Assembly (NCBI GenBank): GCA_046484865.1
Contig: JAWOID010000074.1
Coordinates: 1 to 33,562 of the forward strand
DNA length: 33,562 nucleotides
Source: Candidatus Krumholzibacteriia bacterium
GTDB lineage: Bacteria; Krumholzibacteriota; Krumholzibacteriia; LZORAL124-64-63
Direction: 5' to 3'
The notes beneath the pieces were generated by a model that was not told the DNA's origin, ran no database searches, and saw only the letters and a program-made list of their open reading frames with translations. Positions 1 to 10,863 of this stretch are shown here, piece after piece. Made by a program: the position numbers and the translations under genes. The first letter of the stretch is position 1; each line of letters starts with the position of its first letter.

Positions 1-281
1 GCGATCTGGCTGTTGCACATCCCGCCGGTGACCTTGGTCATCAGCTGGGGGAGGATCTCGGGTTTCTTCAGCCAGTAGGTGGTGGCGAAGGTCTGTGAAC
101 TGAAGGTGACACCGCAGTCGAGGCAACGAAACCTGCGGATACGGGTGGGTTCGGCGACGCGGCGGTATGAGCCCATGCGCTTGAACCGCCAACCTGGCTG
201 CAAGGGGTTGTGGTACTTGCAGGTAGACGACGGGCAGTGGGGTGGCGTCCAGCGCGGGTGGCTGAGTTCGTAGGTGTCCAT
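1..281 (-). mobile_element. 5' part of a putative IS1-like transposase (zinc ribbon followed by start of an HTH); runs off the window
   Basis: Manual translation from ATG at 281 (minus): MDTYELSHPRWTPPHCPSSTCKYHNPLQPGWRFKRMGSYRRVAEPTRIRRFRCLDCGVTFSSQTFATTYWLKKPEILPQLMTKVTGGMCNSQIA... CP-x3-C ... RFRC-x2-C-x3-FS is an InsA/IS1-type zinc ribbon. No stop before the window edge; absent from the ORF track. The catalytic domain is not visible. Confidence 0.65.
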
Positions 282-505
282 GCCCGCCGGACTGCAGGAC
301 CGGGGCCGGAAACATTCTTCGTGGAATAACTGAAAGGCTGGTATCCTATCCTGTTCACTCCGGAACCACCTGCCCGCGCGGGGTGTTTCCGGCGTTTCGC
401 GCCGCAGCCGACGGCTCGCCGGCTGCCGGCGCCGGGCCGGGGCCCCTGCGCCGCGTCGCGAGCCGGCCGCCCGGCTTCCACACGAGCCCAGCCAGAGGAC
501 GACGC

Positions 506-3328
506 GTGACCGAGTGGATCCGGATCCGGGGCGCCCGCCAGCACAACCTGCAGAACTGCGACGTGGACATTCCTCGCGGTCATCTCACCGCGGTTTCGGG
601 TCTGTCAGGCTCGGGCAAGTCGTCCCTGGTCTTCGATACCGTGTACGCCGAGGGGCAGCGGGCCTACGTCGAGTCCCTTTCGACGTACGCGCGCCAGTTC
701 CTGGAGCGACTGCCCAAGCCCGATGTCGACTGGCTCGACGGCATCAGTCCCGCCATCGCCATCCAGCAGCGCAACGCGGTGACCAGCGGACGTTCCACCG
801 TCGGGACCGTCACCGAGATCAACGATTACCTCCGCGTCATCTTCGCCCGCACCGGCAAGATCGTCTGCCCGGCCTGCGAGCGGCGTGTCACGCGCGAGAC
901 CCCCGAGTCGGTGTGGCGCCACGTCCGGGCGGCCTGGCCGGAGGGCAAGCCCGTGCTCGTGGGCTACCCTCAGGAGGTGCGCGCCGACGGCGTCGGGCGG
1001 CGCGGCGGGGCGACCGACGAAGGGTGGGCCGAGAGCCTGCGGGCCCAGGGTTTCCGGCGGGTGCTGCTGCGCGGCGAACTGGTGCGTCTGGACGAGACGG
1101 CGGGCGTGCCGCCGCCGGCGGCGGGCGACACGCTGGACGTGGTGGTGGACCGGCTGAAGCTGGAGCCGCGCAGTCGTGGCCGGCTCCTGGAAGCGGTGGA
1201 ACTGGCCTTCCGGCAGACCGGGGGCTGGGCCGTGGTCGTGGAGCCCGAGAGCGGCGAGCGCCGCGAGTACTCCTCGGACCTGCGCTGCAACGAGTGCAGC
1301 CGCGTCTTCCCGGAGCCCACGCCGCAGCTCTTCTCGTTCAACTCGCCGGAGGGCGCTTGCCCGGCCTGCAAGGGGTTCGGGAACAAGCTGGAGTTCGACG
1401 AGGACCGGATCGTCCCCGATCCCGGGCTCACGATCCGCGACCGCGCGATCAAGCCCTGGAGCACCGAGAGCTTCGCCAAGGAATTCTCGGCGCTGCTGCG
1501 GTTCTGCACCCGCCGCCGGATCCCCGTGGACGTGCCGTTCGCGAAGCTCCCGCGCAAGCAGCAGCTGCTGGTGCTCGAGGGGTACGAGGGGACATTCCTG
1601 GGCGTGATCCCCTACCTGGAGCAGATGCGCCGCGAGATGCGGAAGGGCCATCACCGGTTCTTCACCCGGCGCTACATGGGCGACACCCTCTGCCGGGCCT
1701 GCGGCGGCAGCCGGCTGCGCGGCGAGGCCCTCGCGGTGCGGGTGGGCGCGCTCGACATGGGGCAGGTGGCGCGGATGTCCGTGGACGAGGCCCTGCGGCG
1801 GCTGGCCGCGGTGCGCCTCACCCGGACGGAGGAGGCGGTCGCGGGCGAGGTGCGCCAGGAAGTGGTGGACCGGCTCACGTTCCTGCAGCGGGTGGGGCTC
1901 GGCTACCTGACGCTGGACCGACTCACCCGCACCCTGTCCGGGGGCGAGGCCCAGCGCATCCATCTGGCCAACGCGCTCGGCTCACGGCTGGTGGACACGC
2001 TCTACGTGCTGGACGAGCCCACCACGGGCCTGCATCCCGCCGACATCGAGCGCCTCACGGAGACTCTGCAGGACCTGGTCGCCGGCGGCAACACGGTGGT
2101 GGTGGTGGAGCACGACCTTTCGGTGCTGCGGGCAGCCGACCACTTCCTGGAACTGGGCCCCGGCGCCGGACGTCTGGGTGGCAACGTGGTGTTCGCCGGG
2201 AGTCTCGCCGAACTGCTCTCTGGTGGCGACACGCTCACAGCCCGGTACCTGCGCGGGGAGATGGCCATCCGGGTGCGTGACGAGCGCCGCGGCGGGTCGC
2301 CGCGCCATCTGCTGATCAAGGGTGCGCGGCTGCACAACCTCCGCGATCTGGACGTGCGGATCCCCCTGCAGCGGTTCGTCGCGCTCACGGGCGTCTCGGG
2401 CTCCGGCAAGAGCAGCCTGCTCGGCGGCTGCCTGCACGCCGGCCTGACCCGCAAGGTGTCGGGCGGGCTGGGCCGCTCGTTCCCGTTCACCGCCATCCAG
2501 GGCGAGCACGGGCTGGACAAGGTGGTGCGGGTCGACCAGACTCCGATCAGCAAGACCAGCCGGTCGAACCCCGCCAGCTACCTGCAGGTGCTGGCGCCCA
2601 TCCGCGACCTCTTCGCCGGCACGCGCGAAGCGGTGGCGCGCGGCTACCCGTCAGGTCGGTTCAGCTTCAACACCGCCGGCGGGCGCTGCCCCACCTGTCA
2701 GGGGCTGGGGTTCCACCGCGTCGAGATGCAGTTCATGGCCGACATCGAGGTGCCCTGCGAGGACTGTCACGGCAGCCGCTTCGCCCCCGCCACCCTCGAG
2801 GTGCGCTACCGGGGCAAGAACGTGGCCGAAGTGCTGGCGATGACGGTGGACGAGGCGCTGGCCTTCTTCGGCGGCCAGGCCGCGATCGCCGACCGCCTGT
2901 GGCTGCTCAAGAAGGTGGGGCTCGGGTACCTCACGCTCGGCCAGCCGGCGCCCACGCTCTCGGGCGGCGAGAGCCAGCGGCTGAAGGTGGCGCGAGAGCT
3001 GGCGCTGCCGTCGGGCAAGCGCAATCTCTATCTCCTGGACGAGCCGACCACCGGCCTGCACGTGCACGACGTGCAGGCCCTCGTCCGCGTGCTGCACGAC
3101 CTGGTGGACCACGGACACACGGTCGTGGTGATCGAGCACAATCTCGACCTGATCGCGCAGGCCGACTGGATCATCGACCTGGGACCGGGCGGCGGCGAGG
3201 CGGGCGGCCGTCTGGTGGCGCAGGGCACCCCCGAACAGGTGGTGGCGGCGCCCGGGTCGGTGACCGGGCGCTACCTGGCGGAGCGACTGGCGGCGGAGCC
3301 GACGGCGCGGGAGCGCAGCGCCGGCTGA
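506..3328 (+). CDS. uvrA: Excinuclease ABC subunit A
   Basis: Two ABC cassettes (GLSGSGKSS, GVSGSGKSS; LSGGE twice; LDEPTTGLH twice), zinc fingers, N-terminal IRIRGARQHNL and ESLSTYARQFL. Start set at GTG 506 behind GAGGA. Confidence 0.95.
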   Translation: MTEWIRIRGARQHNLQNCDVDIPRGHLTAVSGLSGSGKSSLVFDTVYAEGQRAYVESLSTYARQFLERLPKPDVDWLDGISPAIAIQQRNAVTSGRSTVGTVTEINDYLRVIFARTGKIVCPACERRVTRETPESVWRHVRAAWPEGKPVLVGYPQEVRADGVGRRGGATDEGWAESLRAQGFRRVLLRGELVRLDETAGVPPPAAGDTLDVVVDRLKLEPRSRGRLLEAVELAFRQTGGWAVVVEPESGERREYSSDLRCNECSRVFPEPTPQLFSFNSPEGACPACKGFGNKLEFDEDRIVPDPGLTIRDRAIKPWSTESFAKEFSALLRFCTRRRIPVDVPFAKLPRKQQLLVLEGYEGTFLGVIPYLEQMRREMRKGHHRFFTRRYMGDTLCRACGGSRLRGEALAVRVGALDMGQVARMSVDEALRRLAAVRLTRTEEAVAGEVRQEVVDRLTFLQRVGLGYLTLDRLTRTLSGGEAQRIHLANALGSRLVDTLYVLDEPTTGLHPADIERLTETLQDLVAGGNTVVVVEHDLSVLRAADHFLELGPGAGRLGGNVVFAGSLAELLSGGDTLTARYLRGEMAIRVRDERRGGSPRHLLIKGARLHNLRDLDVRIPLQRFVALTGVSGSGKSSLLGGCLHAGLTRKVSGGLGRSFPFTAIQGEHGLDKVVRVDQTPISKTSRSNPASYLQVLAPIRDLFAGTREAVARGYPSGRFSFNTAGGRCPTCQGLGFHRVEMQFMADIEVPCEDCHGSRFAPATLEVRYRGKNVAEVLAMTVDEALAFFGGQAAIADRLWLLKKVGLGYLTLGQPAPTLSGGESQRLKVARELALPSGKRNLYLLDEPTTGLHVHDVQALVRVLHDLVDHGHTVVVIEHNLDLIAQADWIIDLGPGGGEAGGRLVAQGTPEQVVAAPGSVTGRYLAERLAAEPTARERSAG

Positions 3329-3354
3329 ACGACGCGACGGCGGAAAGGACGCAC

Positions 3355-4368
3355 ATGCGGATCCTGGTCACGGGCGGCGCTGGATACATCGGCAGCATCA
3401 CCGCGGATCACCTGCTGGAGCGCGGACACGAGGTGGAGATCCTCGACAGCCTGGTCACCGGCCATCGTGACGCGCTGCCGGCGGTCACCTTCCACGCCGT
3501 GGATCTGCGCGACCGCGCCGCGCTCGACGGGGTGTTCGATCGCCCCTTCGACGCCGTGCTCCACTTCGCGGCGTTCAGCCTGGTGGGCGAGTCGGTCCAG
3601 CAGCCGCTGCGTTACTGGGACAACAACGTCGGCGCGATGCTGGCGCTGCTGGACCGGGTGGCACGCGGCGGCGCCAGCCGGTTCGTCTTCTCGTCCAGCG
3701 CGGCGGTGTACGGCGAGCCGGATCGGGCCGTCATTCCCGAGGATGCCCCCCTGGCACCGATCAACCCCTACGGCCACACCAAGGCGGCCATGGAGTGGGC
3801 CCTGGCCGACCTGGCCGCGGTCCACGGCGTGTCGGCCGTGGCGCTGCGCTACTTCAATGCGGCCGGGGCCTGGGGCGGCCGGGGCGAGGACCACGAGCCG
3901 GAAACCCATCTGGTGCCCCGCCTGCTGCGTGCCGCCGCGGACCCGACCTCCCGTTTCGCGATCTTCGGCGACGACTATCCCACACCGGACGGCACCTGTG
4001 TCCGCGACTTCATCCACGTGCGCGACCTGGCCACCGCTCATGCGGCCGCGGTGGAGTGGGCGGAGCGGCCGGGCTTCTGCGCCATCAACCTCGGCACGGG
4101 TCGTGGCTGCTCGGTGCGCGAGATGGTGGCGGCGGCCGGCGAGGTGACCGGCCGGCCGCTCGACCCCCCTCGCGAAGCGCGTCGCGCAGGCGATCCGGCC
4201 CGCCTGGTGGCGGCGGTGGAGCGAGCCCGGAGCTGGCTCGGCTGGCGAGCGGAGCACAGCGACGTCGCCACCATCCTCGCCGACGCATGGCGCTGGCATG
4301 CCGATCATCCCCACGGCTATCGCGAACGGCCCCGGCGGCCGCCATCCGGCGCGCCCGCCGGCGCCTGA
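3355..4368 (+). CDS. galE: UDP-glucose 4-epimerase
   Basis: MRILVTGGAGYIGS, HFAA..VGES, FSSSAAVYG, PINPYGHTK (YxxxK), LRYFNAAG, DGTCVRDFIHV. ATG 3355 follows AAGGA. Confidence 0.95.
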   Translation: MRILVTGGAGYIGSITADHLLERGHEVEILDSLVTGHRDALPAVTFHAVDLRDRAALDGVFDRPFDAVLHFAAFSLVGESVQQPLRYWDNNVGAMLALLDRVARGGASRFVFSSSAAVYGEPDRAVIPEDAPLAPINPYGHTKAAMEWALADLAAVHGVSAVALRYFNAAGAWGGRGEDHEPETHLVPRLLRAAADPTSRFAIFGDDYPTPDGTCVRDFIHVRDLATAHAAAVEWAERPGFCAINLGTGRGCSVREMVAAAGEVTGRPLDPPREARRAGDPARLVAAVERARSWLGWRAEHSDVATILADAWRWHADHPHGYRERPRRPPSGAPAGA

Positions 4369-4390
4369 CCCCCTCACCGCCCGCCCGCGA

Positions 4391-4406
4391 CGGCACGCGC
4401 CTTGCA
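4391..4406 (+). promoter_or_regulatory. Candidate sigma54 (-24/-12) promoter
   Basis: CGGCAC-GCGCC-TTGCA matches TGGCAC-N5-TTGCW with exact GG-N10-GC spacing; intergenic, about 110 nt upstream of the kinase start. Confidence 0.6.
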
Positions 4407-4515
4407 ATCCCGGCTCAGGACGGTGATCCAGTCGGAGCTCGGACGCTGCAACTCGTTGCCATCGAGTTCCTTGCCCACGCAGCACGCCTCCGCGGCCACC
4501 GCCAGGGAGAATATT

Positions 4516-6741
4516 ATGCCCAGGGCCCTGCGCAATCTGCTGGGAGGCCGGAGCGCGGCGGGCGCCATGCCCGGAGAACTCGCGGCCATGAGCCTGCTGC
4601 TGCGCCTGCTCGCCTGCACCGATCCGGAACGGCGCCGGCGCCTGGCGGTGCGGGTGCTGCGCCGGCTGCCGGCGGAACTCGTGGCCGCCGGCTGGTGCGT
4701 CCTCGAGCCCGGCCGACGCCGGGTGGTCGTGCGCGAGAGTGCCGGCAGCGCGATCCGCGCCGCCTCGCGCGACCAGTTGGAGGCTGCTCTGGGAGCTCAC
4801 ACCGGCCCGCTGCCGGCGTTACGCCACGATCGCCCGCTCTGGCTCTCGCTGCGGGAGGATCCCTTCCAGCCGGGAGCCGTCTTCCTGCGCAAGTTCGAGC
4901 TCGAATGGGCGCTGCTGCTGCCCCTGGAGGATGCGCCCGGACCGGCGACCAGCCGGGGTTTCCTGCTCGTGGGCGGACGTCATCCGTGGCTGCTCGACCA
5001 TCCCGCGCTGCGGACGCTGCTGATGGCCTGGCGCGTGTACCGGCTGAGCGAGGCCGGCGTTCGCGCCCGTGAGGTCGGCGGAGACGGTGTTCCTCACTGG
5101 TGGGACACGGCCCCTGCCGCGCTGGCGGTGGTTGCCGACGACCGGGTGGTCCGCACCACCGAGGCGGCGCGGCTCCTGCTGGCCTCCTCGGTGGGAGCGG
5201 AGGGACGCCAGTGGATCGAGTGGCTTTCCGGGGCCGTGCGCCGGCTGGAGGCGACGTCGCGGTCGCGCGAGGTGGTTCCGGCGTCCCGCACGCGCCAGCG
5301 GAGCCTCGAGATCACCCTCGGACCGCTCGTGGCGGCGCTCGGCGGCAGGCTGGTGGGCATCCGCGACGCGTCGGCCGAGGATCGCGCGAGCCGGGAGGCC
5401 GCGAGCACCATCTCCACCCTCAGCCACGAGCTGCGCACCCCGCTGACCGCTCTCAAGAACGGGCTGGACGTGGTGTTGCGCGGCGACGCCGGACCGCTGC
5501 AGCCGGACCAGGAGCGCTTCCTCGGCCTGGCACGACGGAACATCGAGCGCCTCGACCGCCTGGTGAGCGACCTGCTGGACCTCACCCGGGCGCAGGCCGG
5601 CCGGCTGACCCTGCACCGGCACCGGCTGGACGTGGTGCCGCTGCTCCGCGACGCACTCGAGGTGTTCGCGCCGGCGGCGCGAGAGCGCGACGTCTCGCTG
5701 GAACTCTCCGCCCCGGAGACGTTCACCGCCCATGTGGATCCGGACAAGCTGCACCAGATCCTCGACAACGTCGTGAGCAACGCGCTGAAGTTCACCGAGG
5801 CGGGAGGCACCGTCCGTGTCTGGCTGCGCGAGCGCGGCGGCGGCGTACCGCCGCTGGCGCAGCGCCTCGCCGACCGCTTCTTCCTGCCTCTGCGCACCTT
5901 CGCCGTGGTCGTGGAGGACACCGGGGTGGGCATGGACTCGCGGCTGCAGGACGAGGTTTTCCAGCCGTTCCGGCGCGGTGGGCCGCCGGTCCGGGGCGGG
6001 GCGCCCGGCGCCGGTCTCGGACTCCACATCACGCGCGGTCTCGTGGAGGCCCACGGCGGCCACATCGAGCTGACGAGCCGTCCAGCGGTGGGAACCACCG
6101 TCTGGATCCACCTGCCCAGGGATCCTGGATCCGAGCAGGTCCTGCGCGCGACCCGAGGGCTGCTGCCGCCCGCGGTCGGCGACCCGGGGGACGCCGGATA
6201 TGCGGGCGATGCGAGGTATGCCTGGGATGCGAAGGAGGACGGCGCGAGGGAGGGTTCCGCGCCCCTGGAAGCGAACCTGGCGCTCGCGGCACTGGACCTG
6301 CGCCGTCCCGACCGTGAGCCCGCCGAGCCCGAACGCCAGCGGATCGCGGCCGTGATCGCGAGCTTCCTGGAGCGTCTCGAACTTCCGCGAGGCCCGCAGG
6401 GCATGGTGGACCCCGGCGTGCTGGGCATGCCGGCGCCTCTGCGTCCCGGCGGTCTGCCGGTGGAACTGGCGCCGGACCTGTTCCTGGTGCGCCTCGCACG
6501 CGACGAGTCGCTGGCTGCCGCCTGGCAGGTGGAACTGGCGCGCCCGGACATCCCCGCGGCCCTGGCAGGCAGCGTGTGGGAGCTGTTGCCCGCCGACCTC
6601 GAGGACGAGCGCGCGGGTGGCGCCGGGCCTCGCCGTGCAACGCCCGCCGGTGCCGCAGACGAGGAACAGCTCCGTCCCATGGGAGCGGGGGCGATGACGA
6701 CGGCCGCTCGCGACCCCGGCCGCGACCACCGGGACGCATGA
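4516..6741 (+). CDS. Sensor histidine kinase (GAF-like, PAS-like, HisKA, HATPase_c, C-terminal extension)
   Basis: H-box SHELRTPLT, N-box ILDNVVSNALKFT, G1 VEDTGVGM, F-box VFQPF, G2 GAGLGLHI. No obvious TM segment. ATG 4516 follows AGGGAG. The GAF and PAS assignments are by eye. Confidence 0.85.
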   Translation: MPRALRNLLGGRSAAGAMPGELAAMSLLLRLLACTDPERRRRLAVRVLRRLPAELVAAGWCVLEPGRRRVVVRESAGSAIRAASRDQLEAALGAHTGPLPALRHDRPLWLSLREDPFQPGAVFLRKFELEWALLLPLEDAPGPATSRGFLLVGGRHPWLLDHPALRTLLMAWRVYRLSEAGVRAREVGGDGVPHWWDTAPAALAVVADDRVVRTTEAARLLLASSVGAEGRQWIEWLSGAVRRLEATSRSREVVPASRTRQRSLEITLGPLVAALGGRLVGIRDASAEDRASREAASTISTLSHELRTPLTALKNGLDVVLRGDAGPLQPDQERFLGLARRNIERLDRLVSDLLDLTRAQAGRLTLHRHRLDVVPLLRDALEVFAPAARERDVSLELSAPETFTAHVDPDKLHQILDNVVSNALKFTEAGGTVRVWLRERGGGVPPLAQRLADRFFLPLRTFAVVVEDTGVGMDSRLQDEVFQPFRRGGPPVRGGAPGAGLGLHITRGLVEAHGGHIELTSRPAVGTTVWIHLPRDPGSEQVLRATRGLLPPAVGDPGDAGYAGDARYAWDAKEDGAREGSAPLEANLALAALDLRRPDREPAEPERQRIAAVIASFLERLELPRGPQGMVDPGVLGMPAPLRPGGLPVELAPDLFLVRLARDESLAAAWQVELARPDIPAALAGSVWELLPADLEDERAGGAGPRRATPAGAADEEQLRPMGAGAMTTAARDPGRDHRDA

Positions 6742-6815
6742 GCGGCGGCCGCTTTCACCCGGTTGACCGCCGGTCCGGAGCGCCTGCGCGCACCCGGCCG
6801 GCCGGAGGTGGACAG

Positions 6816-7223
6816 ATGCGATCGAACCTGCGCGTGCTCGTGGTCGACGACGAGCCCGACATCCTCGAGACGCTGGAGTTCAGCCTGGCGTTGCGCGGCC
6901 TCGAAGTGGCCACGGCGACCGACGGCCTCGAGGCGATCGAGAAGGCGAAACGGCAGCCGCCGGACGTCATGATCCTCGACGTCATGCTGCCGGGATGCAA
7001 CGGCTACGAGGTGAGCCGGCTGCTGAAGGAGTGGATGGAGACCGATCCCGGCGCGAAGCCGTTCGCCATCCTGCTGCTCACGGCTCGCCGCGTCGATACG
7101 CCGGAGCGCGAGCGGTTCGTTGCCACCTGGTCGCGGGCCGATGCCTGTCTCTACAAGCCGTTCGAGATGACCGAGGTCCTCGGCAAGCTCGAGGAACTGG
7201 CGGGCCGTCCCCTGACCGTGTAG
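6816..7223 (+). CDS. Single-domain response regulator (receiver only)
   Basis: VLVVDDEPD, phospho-acceptor in ILDVMLP, LLTAR, YKPF; no output domain. ATG 6816 follows GGAGGTG; an alternative in-frame ATG at 6738 overlaps the kinase stop. Confidence 0.9.
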   Translation: MRSNLRVLVVDDEPDILETLEFSLALRGLEVATATDGLEAIEKAKRQPPDVMILDVMLPGCNGYEVSRLLKEWMETDPGAKPFAILLLTARRVDTPERERFVATWSRADACLYKPFEMTEVLGKLEELAGRPLTV

Positions 7224-7306
7224 GATGGAGATGCCGCGGCGAGATCGCGCCGTGCCGGCGGGCGCGGGCACCGGTCTGCCGGCGGCCGCCGGGGCCCGGC
7301 GGTAGC

Positions 7307-7336
7307 TTGACAACGCCTGCGGGCCGGTGTTTTATT
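7307..7336 (+). promoter_or_regulatory. sigma70-type promoter of the tRNA-Phe/Thr pair
   Basis: TTGACA (7307-7312), 18-nt spacer, TGn-TTTATT (7331-7336), just upstream of the tRNAs. Confidence 0.6.
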
Positions 7337-7372
7337 CGCGGTCCGCTGGACGTCCCGCCGTCCGGTTCCGGT

Positions 7373-7448
7373 GCCTGGGTAGCTCAGTTGGTAGAGCACG
7401 TGACTGAAAATCACGGTGTCGGTGGTTCAACTCCGCCCCCAGGCACCA
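7373..7448 (+). tRNA. tRNA-Phe (GAA)
   Basis: Cloverleaf: GCCTGGG/CCCAGGC acceptor, CGTGA-CTGAAAA-TCACG anticodon arm, TTCAACT T-loop, encoded CCA; 76 nt. Confidence 0.97.
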
Positions 7449-7468
7449 CGCGATCCGACTGGATCGGG

Positions 7469-7544
7469 GCTGGTGTAGCTCAGTTGGTAGAGCAGCTCAC
7501 TCGTAATGAGCAGGCCGTGGGTTCGAATCCCTCCACCAGCTCCA
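7469..7544 (+). tRNA. tRNA-Thr (CGT)
   Basis: GCTGGTG/CACCAGC acceptor, GCTCA-CTCGTAA-TGAGC anticodon arm, TTCGAAT, encoded CCA; 76 nt. Confidence 0.97.
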
Positions 7545-7561
7545 GCCCCAACGCCGTTGCC

Positions 7562-7593
7562 GACCCGCCGGACCAGCCGTCGCGGGTCTTTTT
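7562..7593 (+). terminator. Intrinsic terminator after the tRNA pair
   Basis: GACCCGC...GCGGGTC stem followed by TTTTT. Confidence 0.7.
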
Positions 7594-7668
7594 CGTCATC
7601 GGAGCGCCGGGCACGGGAGCGACCGTCCGCAGGACGGGAGCGCGAGATCGGCCGGCAGGAGGTGCGGA

Positions 7669-9003
7669 ATGTCGCTGCGCGTGAGCGTCTCGGGGGTGCG
7701 CGGGATCGTGGGCGTGGACCTGGACGCGGTCGTGGCGGCGCGCTGGGCCAGCGCCTTCGGTGCCTGGCTGCCACCCGGGCCGGTGGTGGTGGGACGGGAC
7801 ACGCGGCCGAGCGGTCCCATGGTCCTCGCCGCCGTCACGGCGGGTCTGACGTCCACCGGCCACGAGGTGCGCGACATCGGCGTGGCCACGACTCCGACCA
7901 CCGAGCTGGAGACCGCGGGCACCGATGCGGTGGGCGGCGTGATCATCACCGCCAGCCACAACCCGCAGCCCTGGAATGCATTGAAATTCCTGCGCGGCGA
8001 CGGCCTCTTCCTCACCGCCGCCCAGAACGCCGAACTGCGGTGCCGATACGACGAGGGGGGCGGCCACGTCGCGGCCGAGCACCTCGGGAGCACGACCAGC
8101 GTCGAGGGAGCGGGGCGCCGGCACCTCGAGAGCGTCCTGGCGCTGCCCTGGCTGGATGCCGCCGCCATCCGGCGGCGGCGACTCACGGCGGTCGTCGATG
8201 CGGTCGAGGGAGCGGGCGGCGAGGTGCTGCCGGATCTGCTGGACGCGCTCGGCGTGCGCTGCGAGCGGTTGCATTGCGGCCTCAGCGGACATTTCCCGCA
8301 CGACCCCGAGCCGACGCCGGCCCATCTCGAGGAACTCTGCGCCGAGGTACGTCGCACCGGCGCCGATCTGGGGCTGGCCGTGGACCCGGACGTGGACCGG
8401 CTGGCCCTCGTGGACGGCGGCGGACGCGCCCTGAGCGAGGAATTGACCCTGGTCCTGGCCTGCGACGTCCTGCTGGCGCGGGAGAGCGGGCCGGTGGCCG
8501 TGAACCTCTCCACGACCGGGCTGATGGAGCAGGTGGGCGCCCGTCACGGCGTCGAGGTGTTGCGGACGCCGGTGGGCGAGGCCAACGTCGTGGAGGTCAT
8601 GCTCGCGGCGAACTGCGTGGTCGGAGGCGAGGGCAACGGCGGCGTCATCTATCCCGGCCTGCACGCCGGGCGCGACGCGCTGGTGGGCGCGGCCCTGATC
8701 CTGCAGGGGCTGGCCGAGAGCGGACGAACCCTGGCGCAGCTGGCCGACGCCTGGCCGCCGGTGGTCATGGTGAAGGAGAAGGTGGCGGCGGAGGGCCTAC
8801 CGGCGCCCGATGTGCTCGCCGCTTGCCTTCAGGGTCTGGGGCGTGGTCTGATGGACGCCCGGGACGGCCTGAAGTGGGTCGGCCCCGGTGCCTGGATCCA
8901 CGTCCGCGCGTCCAACACCGAGTCGGTGGTCCGGATCATCGCCGAGGCGGCGACCGAACCGGCGGCGCGCGCTCTCATCGATCGCGTCCGGCCGATCCTC
9001 TGA
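7669..9003 (+). CDS. glmM: Phosphoglucosamine mutase
   Basis: SVSGVRG, GRDTRPSG, catalytic ITASHNP, metal-binding DPDVDRL, GGEGNGG, VRASNTE; directly upstream of glmS. Confidence 0.88.
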   Translation: MSLRVSVSGVRGIVGVDLDAVVAARWASAFGAWLPPGPVVVGRDTRPSGPMVLAAVTAGLTSTGHEVRDIGVATTPTTELETAGTDAVGGVIITASHNPQPWNALKFLRGDGLFLTAAQNAELRCRYDEGGGHVAAEHLGSTTSVEGAGRRHLESVLALPWLDAAAIRRRRLTAVVDAVEGAGGEVLPDLLDALGVRCERLHCGLSGHFPHDPEPTPAHLEELCAEVRRTGADLGLAVDPDVDRLALVDGGGRALSEELTLVLACDVLLARESGPVAVNLSTTGLMEQVGARHGVEVLRTPVGEANVVEVMLAANCVVGGEGNGGVIYPGLHAGRDALVGAALILQGLAESGRTLAQLADAWPPVVMVKEKVAAEGLPAPDVLAACLQGLGRGLMDARDGLKWVGPGAWIHVRASNTESVVRIIAEAATEPAARALIDRVRPIL

Positions 9004-9021
9004 TCAGGAGGCTAACGAGTC

Positions 9022-10842
<1,821 letters not shown>

Positions 10843-10863
10843 GCCAGCCCCGAGGAGCGATCC

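Noticed and set aside
350..500. LexA/SOS box upstream of uvrA
   Set aside because: GTTC-N6-GAAC (353-366) does not match the CTGT-N8-ACAG, GAAC-N4-GTTC or GTTC-N7-GTTC patterns.
383..505. Long N-terminal extensions given by the ORF track for uvrA (also lepA, rpoD, dnaG, hrcA, rnhA, recJ)
   Set aside because: Low-complexity upstream in-frame sequence; later starts have better RBS support or match family N-termini.
9004..9021. glmS ribozyme
   Set aside because: The glmM-glmS gap is only 18 nt and holds just an RBS; no ribozyme core was recognised upstream of glmM either.
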